The notes under the pieces: generated by a model
The model's input: only the letters and a program-made list of their open reading frames with translations
Told to the model about the DNA's origin: nothing
The model's database searches: none
Assembly (NCBI GenBank): GCA_051294375.1
Contig: CM119264.1
Coordinates: 675,611 to 739,610, forward strand
Direction of reading: 5' to 3'
Source of the DNA: Paraspadella gotoi
Lineage: Eukaryota > Animalia > Chaetognatha
Length of the DNA stretch: 64,000 bases
Program-made: the position numbers and the translations under genes
Shown: positions 28,051-42,051 of the stretch, piece after piece
Position numbering within the stretch: the first letter of the stretch is position 1
Layout: the number at the start of each line of letters is the position of its first letter

Positions 28051-28629
28051 TACTATCTAGGAAAAAAGTACATCACATAATTCATTTATTTAATAAAAAT
28101 ATACAAAACATGAGTAAAACATTTTCAATATTTGGTATACCCTTTCTCGGCTTTGACTACAGCCTGCATTCATCTGGGCATGCTCTCATACAGCAAATTG
28201 AGGTTTCACAGTTTTTTTCACAATCCACATCTTTATTGAAATTCTTTTCAGACCAGATTTTGATGTTGCGCGTCTTTCATTTTTTTCTGAGAGCTATAAT
28301 TCCACTTTTTTTAACCAAAAAAGGAGAAAGGCCTTTAGCAATGCCAAATTAGATAAAAAATCAAAAAAATAATTAACTCTATTCAAAATAAAAACAAATA
28401 ACTAAATACCAAAAATGGTAGAACACTTTTTTGCACCATTTTTCATTTGAAGTAACAATTTTTTTGCCTGTAACTTCTAAACGATTTTAACTAATAAAAA
28501 TGGAAGGAAGCTACTGAAAAGAAATTCAAAGTAGATTCGGAAACATTTTGATTTCTTTTAAATAAAACAAGTTTTCGAGTAGATATCCTTTATTAAAAAT
28601 GTAATATACTTTTTTCCTAGGTAAAAGTA
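28051..28629 (-). mobile_element. Internally deleted Tc1-like DNA transposon
   Basis: Imperfect TIRs CTAGGAAAAAAGTAcATcACAT (28057-28078) and its reverse complement (28599-28620) in TA-rich flanks. The minus strand 28205-28125 encodes NLLYESMPR*MQAVVKAEKGYTKY*, a Tc1 transposase C-terminus (SMPRR..AV..AKGG.TKY). Confidence 0.75.
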
Positions 28630-31600
28630 TTATAGTATTATATACCACGCACATACTTTCACAAGTTGAAAACGAAAAAATAATGATAAATAATAAATAA
28701 TAAATGAATAAATAAATAAATATATAAATATATAAATAAATAAATAAAAAAGTAAATACAAAAAAAATAAATAATAAAAACAACACATTGTACATCAAGT
28801 TCTCCGTACTAAATGGACTGACTCATCAATCCTAACTAATTTTTACCATCGATGGTGAGAAGAACGGATAGCGGACGCTGAGTAAAGCCAAGATTAGCCA
28901 GGAGAAAATTGAAGGACTAAGCGTCGGGAAAATAAGGGAAAGGTGAAGGAAAGGAAAGAAAAATAGGGAAAGGATGAAGGAAGAAAAAAATAAGGAAAGG
29001 ATTAAGTAAATGGAAAAACTGTGCATTTCCTCTTGGAATATTACTAGCTGGCGATTTCAATCAATATGGCGAGGTTGACCTGGAAGACTATGACAGTGAG
29101 ACCAAAAGTGTGATAACGTGGAATGACTTGGTGAATTGTGATATGTTCAATTCTAGCGGAGGATCATGAGTGAAATGCGAAAAAGACTTCGTCGGTAATT
29201 CATTAGCGTTGACTCAAAATTAGTTGACGTAAAAAACAACAACGTGACAACGAGAAGAATAAATGTGATGACTGGACCAAATATTAAAAAAAGTTCGACA
29301 GAATCGACAGTGAACTGTCTATAGACGATCAACAGAGAGACAGATGCAGGAGAATGAGAGAGAGGAGAAGAGAAGCGGTGCAACTTATCTCTCTTTGCAG
29401 TCTCACCAATCACAGCTGTCGAGTTGAAAGCGTTGAGACAAGAACATTTGCTTAGTCACAAAAAAGAAGCCACATTTTCTTTGCCTTAAGTAAAACGTTT
29501 AAGGGGTTTGAACAAAAAAAAACTTGAAAGGAAAATGCTGAAGCGAAGACAAACGACCAAAAACTCTTAAGAAAAAAAAAAAAGGAAAACAACACACGAA
29601 CGAAAAAAACTTGATTTACATATTGTGAGAATCCAAAAATCTTATCAAATGGACAGATAAAATGAATTATCTATAACAAACACGTGAACGAAGACGAAAA
29701 TTTACCGCCTGGAAAAAACAATACGAACCAAACTTTGACACCGCAATAACAATAACAACAACAAAAAAACTACAAAGAGATGTACATAAACGATAACAAT
29801 TAAAAGAGAACAAAAAAAGTTCGCCTCAGAAACAAAAAAAGAAGCAACAAACATTAAAAGGGAAAAAAGGATGAAAAAGATCAAAAAGAAAGACGAAGAA
29901 GAGGAAACCTCTTGAACAAGAGACGAGAAGATGACATGCGAGGGGTGAGAATCATATGGACGATAACGACGCAAAAATGACGACGACGCACCGACGATTG
30001 TGGACTTATGTGGACAGATGATGATGGATGCTGATGAGATGGATGATGATGGATTGATGAGTAAAAACCCATGGACATCGGTTATATATTTCTTTAGTGC
30101 ACAATAGAGAAACACATTAAGACATAATAATTATTATAATTAATTAATTAACGTATTGAGTGACAACTTTTGAATGAATGCGTTGATGTAGATGCGACGA
30201 CGAAGTTCAAAGGACAAAGACGATGACAAAATGAAAAGGACAACTAGACAAGATGAAGAGACTAAAGGACAAAGGACAAAGAGCGATGACATAGATGAAA
30301 ATCATAGAGGAAGTGAAAAAGGAGAATAAAATCACCCACCACGATGATGATGATAAATTAAATTCCTGACTTGTGATAGATAAGACTTCGACAGTCAGTG
30401 CATTTGAACGAAGAGAAAGGGCGACAATATCAACACCAACAACTATACAACAACATAACAACAACAAATCGACTCCGCGAATTCGTAATCCCCGCGCGAA
30501 AAAATAATACCGACTGGACGACCATTAAAGAATCTGACCCTTTCTATCGATTTAGATGTTCAAGAAACAGACCAATGAATTTGAGGGAAAACCAAAAAAA
30601 AAAAAAAAGAATCTTTCACCCCAATGTTGGTGATATTATTGGTAGTGACATTATCACGTCTTTTATTTTCCTCAAATGATTTCTTTCGTCGATCTATTGA
30701 TTTATCTAATCCAATATCCTAATTTTAATCCCTATCTTCAACTCATTCTAAGCCCTACTCTCTTCATCCTCATCTTTAAATTCTTATTTTCTAATCTCAG
30801 CTCTAATGCTCATCCCTAATCTTGATCTCTGCCAAGAATCCCCGTCCTATAAAACTACTTTTTCTAACTAGATTAATCTCCATCTGAAACTTTTATGCCA
30901 GCTCAATCACACCTTGTTCTACCCACAATGCCAATTTTTCATTCTAATCCAACAATTCAATCACGAGTAAATTTATTTTTTTTGCTTAGGTGAGGACGGA
31001 CAGACAGACTGGACCGACGGACAGACGTATCTTACAGACAGAGAACTGACAGACAGACCAAGACATACAGACATAGACGGACTTATTTTTTTTCATAATT
31101 CTATCATAAATCTCGATATTCTGAACATGATGATATAAGTGAATGCCCGATTGAGGGGGCGGACACCGACGACCGATCAAAGTAATTATAAAGTCGGAAT
31201 CTGCAATAACAGATCCCGACTAAAAAGATTCCTCTCCTGATCGCCTGTATCGGCAAGCAGGGGGGGGCAGGGGGGAAAGTAGACGAGGCGGAGAACAGAC
31301 TCAAGTGTGGCTAGGGGAAAAATGTGAGTAAAGGGAAAAGAGAGTAGCGAGGCGGAGAGGAAGAGAGTGAATGTGAGATGAGGGGGGGAATAAGGGAGAG
31401 GGAAAAGGCCGAGAGATGAAAAAAGAGGAGAAGAGTAAGAAGAAAGCAAGAATAGGTAAGAGTAGGCAACAAGAGAAGAGCAGAAGCGAGTCAAAGAGAC
31501 AGAGGTGCTGAGTGAAATCTGAAAAAAAAAAATAGAAAGATAGGGAGAGGGAAGGTGAAAAGAGACAGAGAGCGGAGAGGAAGGTAGTGGAGAGACAGAG

Positions 31601-32933
31601 AGGGACGAGAAAGCGAAAACGAGATAGAGAGTGAGAAGTTGAGATGCCAGAGTGGAAAGGGAGAGACGAAATGATTCCACGAATTTATGTTTCGCGTCGA
31701 TCCCCGCAGTTATCGAACCAAACACAAATCAGCAACCCAATAACTACGCACATAACGCGCGACTGACGACGACGGATGACATAACGACGACTATTAACGA
31801 GGCGATGCACCATAACAACAATGACAAATGACAACAATGTTGATAAGGATGGACGATTGATTAAACGATGATGACGATAATTGATAATTTTCGATAATTA
31901 TAATGACAATAACGAGCGTTGAAGATAACGATAATGCGTTAAACGTTGACAATATTTGATACAATAAATGACCCCGTGAGATGATAATACGATGATAACG
32001 ACCTCGTACGATAAAACGGTACAAACAGATACGAAAGGATGGAGTCATAAGGACTAAAAATGACCGATGATAATGATGATGAAAAAGTGCAATGTTAAGC
32101 GATAACGAAGATATGATGATAATAATGTATAACGACTAATGATAACGACGATGAGGATAATTGAAGAGCGGACCATGATGATGACGAATGATACCATGAT
32201 GTAAAAAAAGAAAAATGAAATAAAGAAAAATAGACGAAACAAATAACGCAATGAGGAACTGTGAATACGATTAAAAAAAAAGTCAACATAAAAACGATGA
32301 TTTCGCGAAATTAGAATTAACATTTTTTTATTAAAAATGAAAAAAGGATAAAAAAAGTCTGCGAATCAACAAAAAATGAACGAGGGAATGAATCAATGAG
32401 TGAACGAATAAATAAATAAATAAATAAATAAATAATAAATAAATAAATAAATATAAATAAATAAATAAATAATAAATAAATAAATAAATAAATAATTCAA
32501 AATTTTTGATTGAAAGTGTTGCGTTTTTTTTTGTACATGACTGTATCAATAACGAGTTCCGGCCCTCTTTAACAGATATGCTCTGTTAAATTGTGCATTA
32601 TGATGACCTCATTCTTATTTGTTAGACTCAGTTTCAATGAACTCCGCTAAACGTTTGGGGCACAATCCCAGAAATGTCCCGTTTTCAGTATTGAAATGCT
32701 ATGCATTCAGCGCCTCTCTTCGTCCACCGGAGACAAAACTAGTATCTCTGGAAAAAGAAAGGCCAGAGTAACTGGCATCTCAAACTGCCTTCTCAAGCTG
32801 CCATCTCAAACTGCCATCTCAAACTGCCATCTCTAACTGAAAATTCAGTTTTGACAGAAAAATGACAAAAGTGCATCGCGTCGACCAGAGCTCCATCTTA
32901 GTGGAATTCCACCTTCGCGTCGTAAATGAGAGA

Positions 32934-32977
<44 letters not shown>

Positions 32978-33023
32978 AAGATAGTTTCTTTGATGGTTTC
33001 GAAGGCGAAAAAGACTGGGCCAT

Positions 33024-33215
33024 GGCCTTATTTTCTCAAAGCGCCTCATTTTATATTAACTTTGGAATTGATTAACTCTGACTGAGTTAAAGGTTAGGTT
33101 TAAGGATTAGGTTGTGGATTATGGCTTAGATCAATGATTAGGGTTTGGGTTTAAGATTAAGGATTTAGTTTAGGGATTAAGAAAAAGAAATGGAATGCTT
33201 TTCGAAAAGAGAGCC
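33024..33215. mobile_element. MITE-like element with ~28-bp imperfect GGC..GCC TIRs and TTAGGG-like core
   Basis: Left end GGCCTTATTTTCTCAAAGCGCCTCATTT, right end AAATGGAATGCTTTTCGAAAAGAGAGCC, with degenerate ttaggg hexamers between. Confidence 0.6.
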
Positions 33216-34454
33216 AAATTTTTTTGGGGAAAATACCCTCAATTAAATTGAGAGGAGAAAGAAGTAGGTGAATCGTTTCACAGTGTGAACTTGTGATAAA
33301 ATTCACAAAGTAAGAAATACGCTGTGATTTAGTCATGATTAGTATTGAGAGCTGGATTAGCTCTACTCTCTTCTCTCTGCTTTCTCTCTCTCTCTCTCGC
33401 TCCTTCTGCAGAGAGGAGCCTTGCATTTGAAATTATGCTCAGCCGTGAGAGGCGGCGAGTGGCGGCGAGTGGCGGCGAGTGGCGGCGTCTCTTAGGCGGT
33501 GGCGGTGGCTGGGGAATAATGTTGATTGATGTGGGTGTGGAAAGATTGCGCTGTGTGGGCATATTAACGCATAAGATAACTGATTAGTGTGGGTAAGAAA
33601 AGACTGATTGGGGAGGCCACAATAGCATTGATTGGTGTATGAAACTATTGATTGGGGTGCGAGATTGATTGTTTTAAATATAAAAACATTGATTGGTGTG
33701 GGCACCAAAGAATCAATTGGTGTAGTTAACTCCTAGTTATTTACTATTTAGGTTAATATCTTGTGGAGGCGCAATATCTACTTGAAGGCAATAAGTCAAT
33801 TGTCATCGTGATTTATTCAAAACAACATTTATGATTGTTAACGATTTTGCAACGAGTTCCCGTTGGTTGGGCGTCCTGGGAGACTGGGCGAGAAAGGAAA
33901 AATGAATAATGTCGATAGCAGATTCACTGTGAGAATCAGACATTCACAAGTTCACTATTCACCGCGGGGATTCCATTGGCAAAAAAAAACTCATTTAAAG
34001 AAGACGACGATTTTAGGGAAAAAGAAGAGTTTCTGGGCGGCGGCGGCTGCGGGTGGCGGCGGCTGCGGGTGACGGCGGCTGCGGCTGCGGCGACGGCAGC
34101 GATATCTGAATGGAAGAGCTGAGGCTTTATCGGCCTCGCATCCGTGAGAAAGAAATTATGGATGAGTCGGTGATACCCTAACGTGGTTTTCTAAAATGTG
34201 AAAAGTGTTTGGATTTTCATTTACATCTAGGAAAATATGTTGGGGGGTAAAAAATTAAGATTGCACGACTTTGTGTTAAAATTGTTTCAACTCCCTTAGT
34301 TCTATTCTAACATATTCCTAATTCTATATATATTCTATATATTCCTTAACCCTAACCCTAACTTTTAAATCTAATCCCAAACCCTAATCCTTAACCTAAG
34401 CACAAACCTAATCCCTAACCATTTATAATCTCTAATCTATTTTTTGTTTAAATT

Positions 34455-34684
34455 ATAGAAAATAGGATCGAGGTGCTCGAAGGTTGACCGGAAACTCGAA
34501 AATGTCTGGTCAAAGTTGAAAAGGGACATTTGGCAGTACAACACCATGACAGTTGACAAAATCAAGAGAATTTTAAAATGCATTTGGGGAGCTGAACTCT
34601 TCATATTTGCGCAGCCTCTTCTACTCTCTCTCTTGTCGCATGGAAGCGTTGGTGGAAGCAAATGGTGGTTCGACAACGTATTAA
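34455..34684 (+). pseudogene. Tc1/mariner transposase C-terminal relic
   Basis: IEVLEG*P..[PDLNPI deleted]ENVWSKLKRDIWQYNTMTVDKIKRILKCIW, then a frameshift, then ELNSSYLRSLFYSLSCRMEALVEANGGSTTY*. Matches the WP..SPDLNPIENVW and GG.TKY motifs of Tc1 (DD34E) transposases. Confidence 0.8.
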
Positions 34685-35395
34685 CTAACTGAGTCCTGAA
34701 AAAAAATATTTTCCTTCAAATAACGAAATAAAATGATTTTATCATAACTATTAAACTTTATTTTTATATGTCGATCTTTGTTCAACAAACACAAAAAAAT
34801 TATTCATTCGTGAAATTTATGATTTTCTACCTCAGTTCTGGTTTAAGAAAGAAAACACATTGTACATCAAGTTCTCTGTACTAAATGACTGACTCATAAT
34901 CCCTAACTAATTTGTACCATCGATGTGAGAAGAACGGATAGCGGACGCTGAGTGAAAGCCAAGATTAGCCAGGAGAAAATTGAAGGACTAAGCGTCGGGA
35001 AAATAAGGAAAGGATGAAGGAAAGGAAAGGAAAAATAGGGAAAGGATGAAGGAAAGAAAAAATAAGGAAAGGATTAAGTAAATGGAAAAACTTGTGGCCT
35101 TTTCCTCTTGGAATATTACTAGCTGGCGATTTCAATCAATATGGCGAAGTGTGACCGTGAAGACTGATGACAGTGAGACCAAAAGTGTGATAACGTGGAA
35201 TGACTTGTGAATTGTGATAATGTCAATTCTAGCGAGGATCATGAGTTGAAATGCGAAAAGCTTCGTCGGTAATCATTAGCGTTGACTCAAAATTAGTTGA
35301 GTAAATAAAACAACAACGTTGAAAGAGAAGAATAAAGTGATGACTGGACCAAATTAAAAAAAGTCGACAGAATCGACAGTGAATCTATAGACGAC

Positions 35396-35437
<42 letters not shown>

Positions 35438-36899
35438 CGGTGAACTTATCTCTCTTTGCCAAGTCTCACAATCACAGCTGTCGAGTTTGAAAGCCGTGAG
35501 ACAAGACATTTGCTTAGTCACAAAAAGAGAAGCCACATTTTTTTGCCTCAAGTAAAACGTTTAAGGGTTTGAAAAAAAAACTTGAAAGGAAATCGTGAGA
35601 GCGAAACAACGACCAAAAACTCTTAAGAAAAGAAAAAAAAAGAAAACAAACACGAACGAAAAAACTGATTTACATATTGGAGAATCCAAAAATCTTATCA
35701 AATGGACAGATATAAATGAATATCTATACACAAAACGGACGAAGAAGAAAATTTACCGCCTGGAAAAACAATAGAACAACTTTGACCGCAATAACAATAA
35801 CAACAACAACAAAACCGACAAAGAGATGTACATAACGATAACAATAAAAGAACAAAAAAGTCGCCTCAAGGAAAAAATAAAGAAGACAACACATAAAAGG
35901 GAAAAAAGAGATAAAAGATAAAAGAAAGACGAAGAAGAGGAAACCGCTTGAAACAAGAGAGAGAAGATGAAATGGTGAGAATCATAATGGCGATAACGAG
36001 CAAAAATCGTACGCGACGACGACGACGCGACGATGATGATGATGACGATGATGATGAGATTGATTTGGGATGCATGATGCTTGAGTGTGATGATTGAGAT
36101 GATGATGATGATGATAAAAACCCATGGAATCGGTTTATATATTTTCTTAGTAGCACAATAGAGAAACAATTAAGACATAAATAATTATTAATTAATTAAT
36201 TAATTAAGTATGAGTGACAACTTTTGAATGAAGTGCGTTGATGATAATGACGACGACGAGTTGCAAAGGACAAAGACGATGACAAAATGAAAAGGACAAC
36301 TAGACAAAGATGAAGAGACTAAAAGACAAAGGACAAAGACGATGACAAGATGAAAATCATAGAGGAAGTGAAAAAGTAAGAATAAAAACTCCCCACCAAC
36401 GATGATGATGATATAAATCCTGACTTGTGATAGATAAGACTTCGACGTCAGTGTCATTGAAACGAAGAGAAAAGGGCGACAAACAACAACAACAACAACA
36501 ACAACAATAACAACAACAATCGACTCCGAATTCGAATCCCGCGCGAAAAAAAATACCGACTGACCGACCAGTTAAGAATCTGACCCTTTCTATCGATTTA
36601 GATGTCAAAAACAGACCAATGAAATTCTGAGGGAAAACCAAAAAAAAAAAAAAGATCTTTCACCCCAATGTTGTGATATTATTGGTAGTGACATTATCAC
36701 GTCTTTTTTTTCTCAATGATTTCTTCTTCGATCTATTGATTTCATCTAATCCATAATCCTTAATTTTAATCCCTAATCTCAACTCATCTAATCCCTAATC
36801 TCATCTCATCTTTAATCTATTCTAATCTCAGCTCTAATCTCATCCCTAATCTGATCTCTGCCAAGAATCCCGTCCTATAAACTAACTTTTTCTAAACTA

Positions 36900-37240
36900 G
36901 ATAATTCCATCTAAACTTTTTATCCAGCTCAATCACACACTTTTCTACCCACATGCCAATTTTCATTCTAATCCAACAATTCAATCACGAGTAATTATAT
37001 TTTTTTGCTTAGGGAGGACGGACAGACAGATGGACCGACGGACAGACGTATCTACAGACAGAGAGACTGACAGACAGACAGACATACAGACAGACGGACT
37101 TATTTTTTTTTCATAATTTATCATAATTCGATATTCTGACATGATATAAGTGAATGCCCGATTGAGGGGGCGGACCGACGGACCGACAAAGTGAATTATA
37201 AAGTCGGAATCTGCAGATAAGCAGATCCCGACTAAAAAGA
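36900..37240 (-). mobile_element. HINE-like partial copy (duplicated at 30880-31228)
   Basis: 5' palindrome AGTCGGAATCTGC-agataa-GCAGATCCCGACT, (GACA)n and the conserved block. Confidence 0.7.
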
Positions 37241-37729
37241 TTCCTCTCCTGATCGCGATCGGCAAGAGGGGGGGCAGGGGGGGAAATAGAGAGGGGAGAA
37301 AGGAGCGGAGAGAGGGGAAAAAGGAGAAAGGGAAAAAGAGAGAGGGGAAAGGGGAGAGGAGAAAGGGGAGAGGGGGGAAAGGGGAGAGAGGGAAAAGGGG
37401 GAAAAAAGAGAGGGAAGGAAAAGAGAAGCAAGAATAGGGTAAGATAGGCAACAAAGAGAGAGCAGAAGCGAGTCAAAGAGAGACAGAGTGTGAGTGAAAT
37501 GAAAAAAAAAATAGAAAGATAGGGAGAGGAAGGTGAAAAGAGACAGAGAGGGAGAGGAAGGTAGTGAGAGACAGAGAGGGAGAGAAAGGCAAAAAGAGAT
37601 AGAGAGTGAGAAGTGAGATGCAGAGTGGAAAGGAGAGAAGACGAAATTGATTCCACGAATTTATGTTTTCGCGTTGCCCCGCAGTTTCGAACCAAAACAA
37701 ATCAGCAACCCAATAACTACGCACATAAC

Positions 37730-38312
37730 GGCGATGACGACGACGACGATGACGATAACGACGACTATAACGACGATGACCATAACAACAATGACAATGA
37801 CAACAATGATGATAAGGATGACGATGATAACGATGATGACGATAATGATAATTTCGATAATTATAATGACAATAACGGCGTTGAAGATAACGATAATGAC
37901 GTTGACAATAATGATGACAATAATGACGATGATGATAACGATGATAACGACCTCGTCGATAACGGTGACAAAGATAACGAAGATGATGATAAGGACAAAA
38001 ATGACGATGATAATGATGATGAAAAAGGCAATGATAAGGATAACGAAGATGATGATGATAATAATGATAACGCTAATGATAACGACGATGAGGATAATGA
38101 AGACGACCATGATGATGACGATGATGATGACGATGATGATGATAAAGATGACGACAATAACGAAGAGGACTGTGAATGATCGAGTCAACATAAAAACGAT
38201 GATTTTCGCGAACTAGAAATTAACATTTTTTTTTTAAAAATGAAAAAAGGATAAAAAAAGTCTGCGAATTCAACAAAAAATGAACGAGGGAATGAATCAA
38301 TGAGTGAACGAA

Positions 38313-38395
<83 letters not shown>

Positions 38396-38401
38396 AAAAA
38401 A

Positions 38402-38490
<89 letters not shown>
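37730..38490. repeat. Compound (GAY/AAY)n and (TAAA)n microsatellite
   Basis: About 430 bp of GAT/GAC/AAT/AAC triplets followed by a long (TAAA)n; source of the spurious poly-D/N ORFs. Confidence 0.9.
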
Positions 38491-38492
<2 letters not shown>

Positions 38493-38670
38493 AAAAATTA
38501 AAAAAATGAATGGATGAATGAATGAATGAGTAAAAAGCTAACAAAGGATTGAATCAATCCGATTGAATAAAAGTATAGAAGAATAAGTGAAAAAAAATAA
38601 ATACAATAAATAAGCGAGTGAATAAAATGATTGGCTGATCGTACTAATGCCAAATTCTTTCCCCCATCAG

Positions 38671-38793
38671 CTTACCTGGTCGCTTGGTAACGTGACCATC
38701 ACCGGTCACACCAAGCATTCGGGTCACAAGACTGTCTCCAAATTCACCTTCGTTCCCAAGCATCAACACGCGGGACTTCCTCTTCTCTGTCAG
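38671..38793 (+). CDS. IgSF protein exon 5 (CD80-like C2-set Ig domain 2, strands C-F)
   Basis: Branch-like tactaat at 38642, then catcag|CTT...TGT CAG|gtcact. Translates LTWSLGNVTITGHTKHSGHKTVSKFTFVPKHQHAGLPLLCQ, matching the P-x-L-T-W...T-x-S-x-F-x-F-x-P...H-x-G-x-x-L-x-C pattern. Phase 0/0. Confidence 0.92.
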
Positions 38794-39427
38794 GTCACTC
38801 TTTTTTTCTTTTTTCTTTTTTTTTTCTTTTCTTTTTTCTTTTTTTTCTTTTTTCTTTTTTTTCTTTTTTCTTTTTTTTCTTTTTTCTTTTTTCTTTTTTT
38901 TCTTTTTTCTTTTTTACAGTCGGGACTTTGAGCGGATCACTCTTTGGTCGGTCTGTCTGTCTTTCAGGTATAAAATGGTTATAATAATAAATTTAATACT
39001 TATGTATCTAAAATATATGAAACATTTTTATTACAAAATTTAGTTTAATATAAAAAAATTAATAATTTGATGTTTTTATTATACTAAATAATTTTGGTTA
39101 AAATTTTTGTACGTATAGTTTTATAATCTTATGATCTTTTAAAAAATGTGAATGCATTTCCAATTTAAGTTACTGATAAAATGAAAGATCAAAAATATTT
39201 TTTTTTAAATATACGTAAATATTTACAAACTCATAATTTCAAATTCATAACTTGAAATAATGATTTTTTTTGGTTCCTTTGCTTTTAAACAAGTTTGAGT
39301 AAACAAATTCTGATCTGCCTACCATTATTAGGCGGTTATCAGCTAATCAAAGGAAAATGATGATAATTCTTTCAATTTGTGATCCTTACTGATCATAACA
39401 GATTGTACCATACCAAACCAGTAATAC

Positions 39428-39510
<83 letters not shown>

Positions 39511-39879
39511 TTATTATTATTATTTTTTTTTTTAAACTTGCATCATTTTATATTTAATTAATTAATAATTAATTATTTAATTAATTTGAATAATTTATCA
39601 TAATTTGATGTTCTGACATGATTTCTTTTTTTCTTTCTTTCTTTCTCTCCCATATTCTTGTATACAGTTTTTTAGTCTCGCTGCAAAGATTCTGTTTGTT
39701 CATTGGTTTTTCTGTCTGTCAGAATCCTTCACTCACTTCATATTGTGTTGGAAGTTAAGTTACCATAGTTAGCCATAGCCGATGAAATTTAAATGCTAAT
39801 GTAGTACAGCGTAAAATAATCTATCATGACCAATAGATTATGGTATTAAAATATTTTTTGTCAAAAATGCTTTCTTCTG

Positions 39880-40270
39880 AGGGTACTAGCCTAATTAAAA
39901 TATTAATATTACTATATAGAGCAAAAATTTTTTTTTTAAAATCTTAAAAATTTTTTTGATGGATTCTGATAGAGCATAAAAGTTAAACAAGAAATATAAT
40001 TACAGCTTTTAAAAATTCTTACGTTTTCTAAGTGAAAAATATAAAAAACTAATAAAATCTTCGAAGGATGATGATGATGATGATTTTTTATAGTGTTTTT
40101 CTTATTTTTGACACACTTATCGTAAAAAATATTTAAAAATGAATCATACTTTGTGTAGACAACTTTTTATGAGCTATCTGAATCTGGTCTTAAAATTAAA
40201 AATTTATAAAAAAAAATTTTGGCCTTTCCTATCTATAAATAAATATTAAAAAATTAATTACTAGGGTATA
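39880..40270. mobile_element. Degenerate long-TIR MITE-like element
   Basis: AT-rich arms of roughly 100 bp are inverted relative to each other, e.g. GATTCTGATAGAGCATAAAAGTT versus AACTTTTTATGAGCTATCTGAATC. Confidence 0.4.
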
Positions 40271-40737
40271 GAGCCATATTAAAATTTTTTTGTCCATTGA
40301 AAGTATTCTTAAAAATGTCTAAATATTCGTTGAGCATGTACTCACTCTAAATTTTGGACTCAACCCCATTGAGTGCGGCTACCGCCTAACATAGGTACCT
40401 TTAACGTGTACTTTTATCATACTTGTGAAGTACTTGCTCTTTTGTTATTTTTCCTGAACACTAATCTCAGCGACTGCTAGAGCCACCTTTTATTTTTAAA
40501 ATAATCATATAAAGAATAAAATACTAATTCGGATGCAGTGCGAGTCAAACATTTATGGAAATATACATAATAGGAAAGTCACTATGGGAAAACACACATT
40601 TGAATATTTTTACTTATTGGTGTCCCTCTCAATCTGACACTCTCTCTCTTTTTTTCTCTTTTTCTTTCAATTTCTTCAACTCATTATTTAATTATCTTTA
40701 TTAATGTTATTATTGTAATATTATTTCATTAATATTA

Positions 40738-40799
<62 letters not shown>

Positions 40800-41731
40800 G
40801 TTATTATTATTATTTGTTATTTAATTGTTTTTTTTGTCCGGCTTTCCGTCAGTTGGTCAGTATGTCCTTGTTACCTCTTTCNNNNNNNNNNNNNNNNNNN
40901 NNNNNNNNNNNNNNNNNNNNNNNNNNNNNNNNNNNNNNNNNNNNNNNNNNNNNNNNNNNNNNNNNNNNNNNNNNNNNNNNNNNNNNNNNNNNNNNNNNNN
41001 NNNNNNNNNNNNNNNNNNNNNNNNNNNNNNNNNNNNNNNNNNNNNNNNNNNNNNNNNNNNNNNNNNNNNNNNNNNNNNNNNNNNNNNNNNNNNNNNNNNN
41101 NNNNNNNNNNNNNNNNNNNNNNNNNNNNNNNNNNNNNNNNNNNNNNNNNNNNNNNNNNNNNNNNNNNNNNNNNNNNNNNNNNNNNNNNNNNNNNNNNNNN
41201 NNNNNNNNNNNNNNNNNNNNNNNNNNNNNNNNNNNNNNNNNNNNNNNNNNNNNNNNNNNNNNNNNNNNNNNNNNNNNNNNNNNNNNNTTCTTTCTTTCTT
41301 TCTTTCTTTCTTTCTCTTTTTCTTTCTCTTTTTCTCTTTTTCTTTCTCTCTTCCTTTCTTTCTTTTTTTTCTTTCTTTATTTCTCTTTTTCTTTCTTTCT
41401 TTCTTTTTTCTTTCTTTCTTTCTTTCTTTATTTATTTCTTTTTCTTTTTTCTCTCTTTCTTTCTTTCTTTCTTTCTTTTTTCTCTCTTTCTTTCTTTCTT
41501 TCTTTCTTTTTTTTTCTCTCTTTCTTTCTCTCTTTCTTTTTTTCTTTCTTTCTTTCTTTTTTGTTGTTATTTATTTATTTTTTTAACTTTCTCTTGTATC
41601 TTTTCGACTGCCCTTCTTACTTTCTTTTCCTTTCTTTTTTTTCTATATTATCTTTCTTTCCACACCGGTTTTTTTTCTCTTTTCTTTCTGTCTTCTCTTC
41701 TATCTTTTTTCTTTTTTCTTTTTTCTCTTCC

Positions 41732-41766
<35 letters not shown>

Positions 41767-42016
41767 AATGGTTGCAATTATTTCTACAAATGGTTTCTAG
41801 GCTCATTTATCTTTTCTTTCTTTTCTCCTTTAAAAAAAAAGAGAGAGAGAGAGAGAAGCAGAGAGAGAGAGAAAGAGAGAGAGGGAGAGAAAGAGAGAGA
41901 GAGAGATAGAGAGAGAGTCTTTTTCCTCTCCGTCACTCTTTTAAGTGCAGCTCGGTCCAAGACTTTTTTTTATAAGAATGCTAACGTCTCTTTATGATTT
42001 TACATTCTCTCTCCCT

Positions 42017-42048
<32 letters not shown>

Positions 42049-42051
42049 CAG

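Larger units (their letters stand above)
28784..38500 (+). repeat. ~3.7-kb direct duplication (28784-32500 / 34854-38500)
   Basis: Both copies start ACACATTGTACATCAAGTT and end in (TAAA)n; the first copy is indel-noisy. Confidence 0.9.

Noticed and set aside
32551-33860. 10-bp direct repeat AACGAGTTCC as the TSD of a 1.3-kb insertion
   Set aside because: No TIR, LTR or poly(A) at the boundaries; compatible with chance.
37613-38216. Poly-Asp/Asn and poly-Met/Ile ORFs resembling acidic biomineralisation proteins
   Set aside because: Triplet microsatellite open in several frames, lying inside intron 4 with no splice or signal context.
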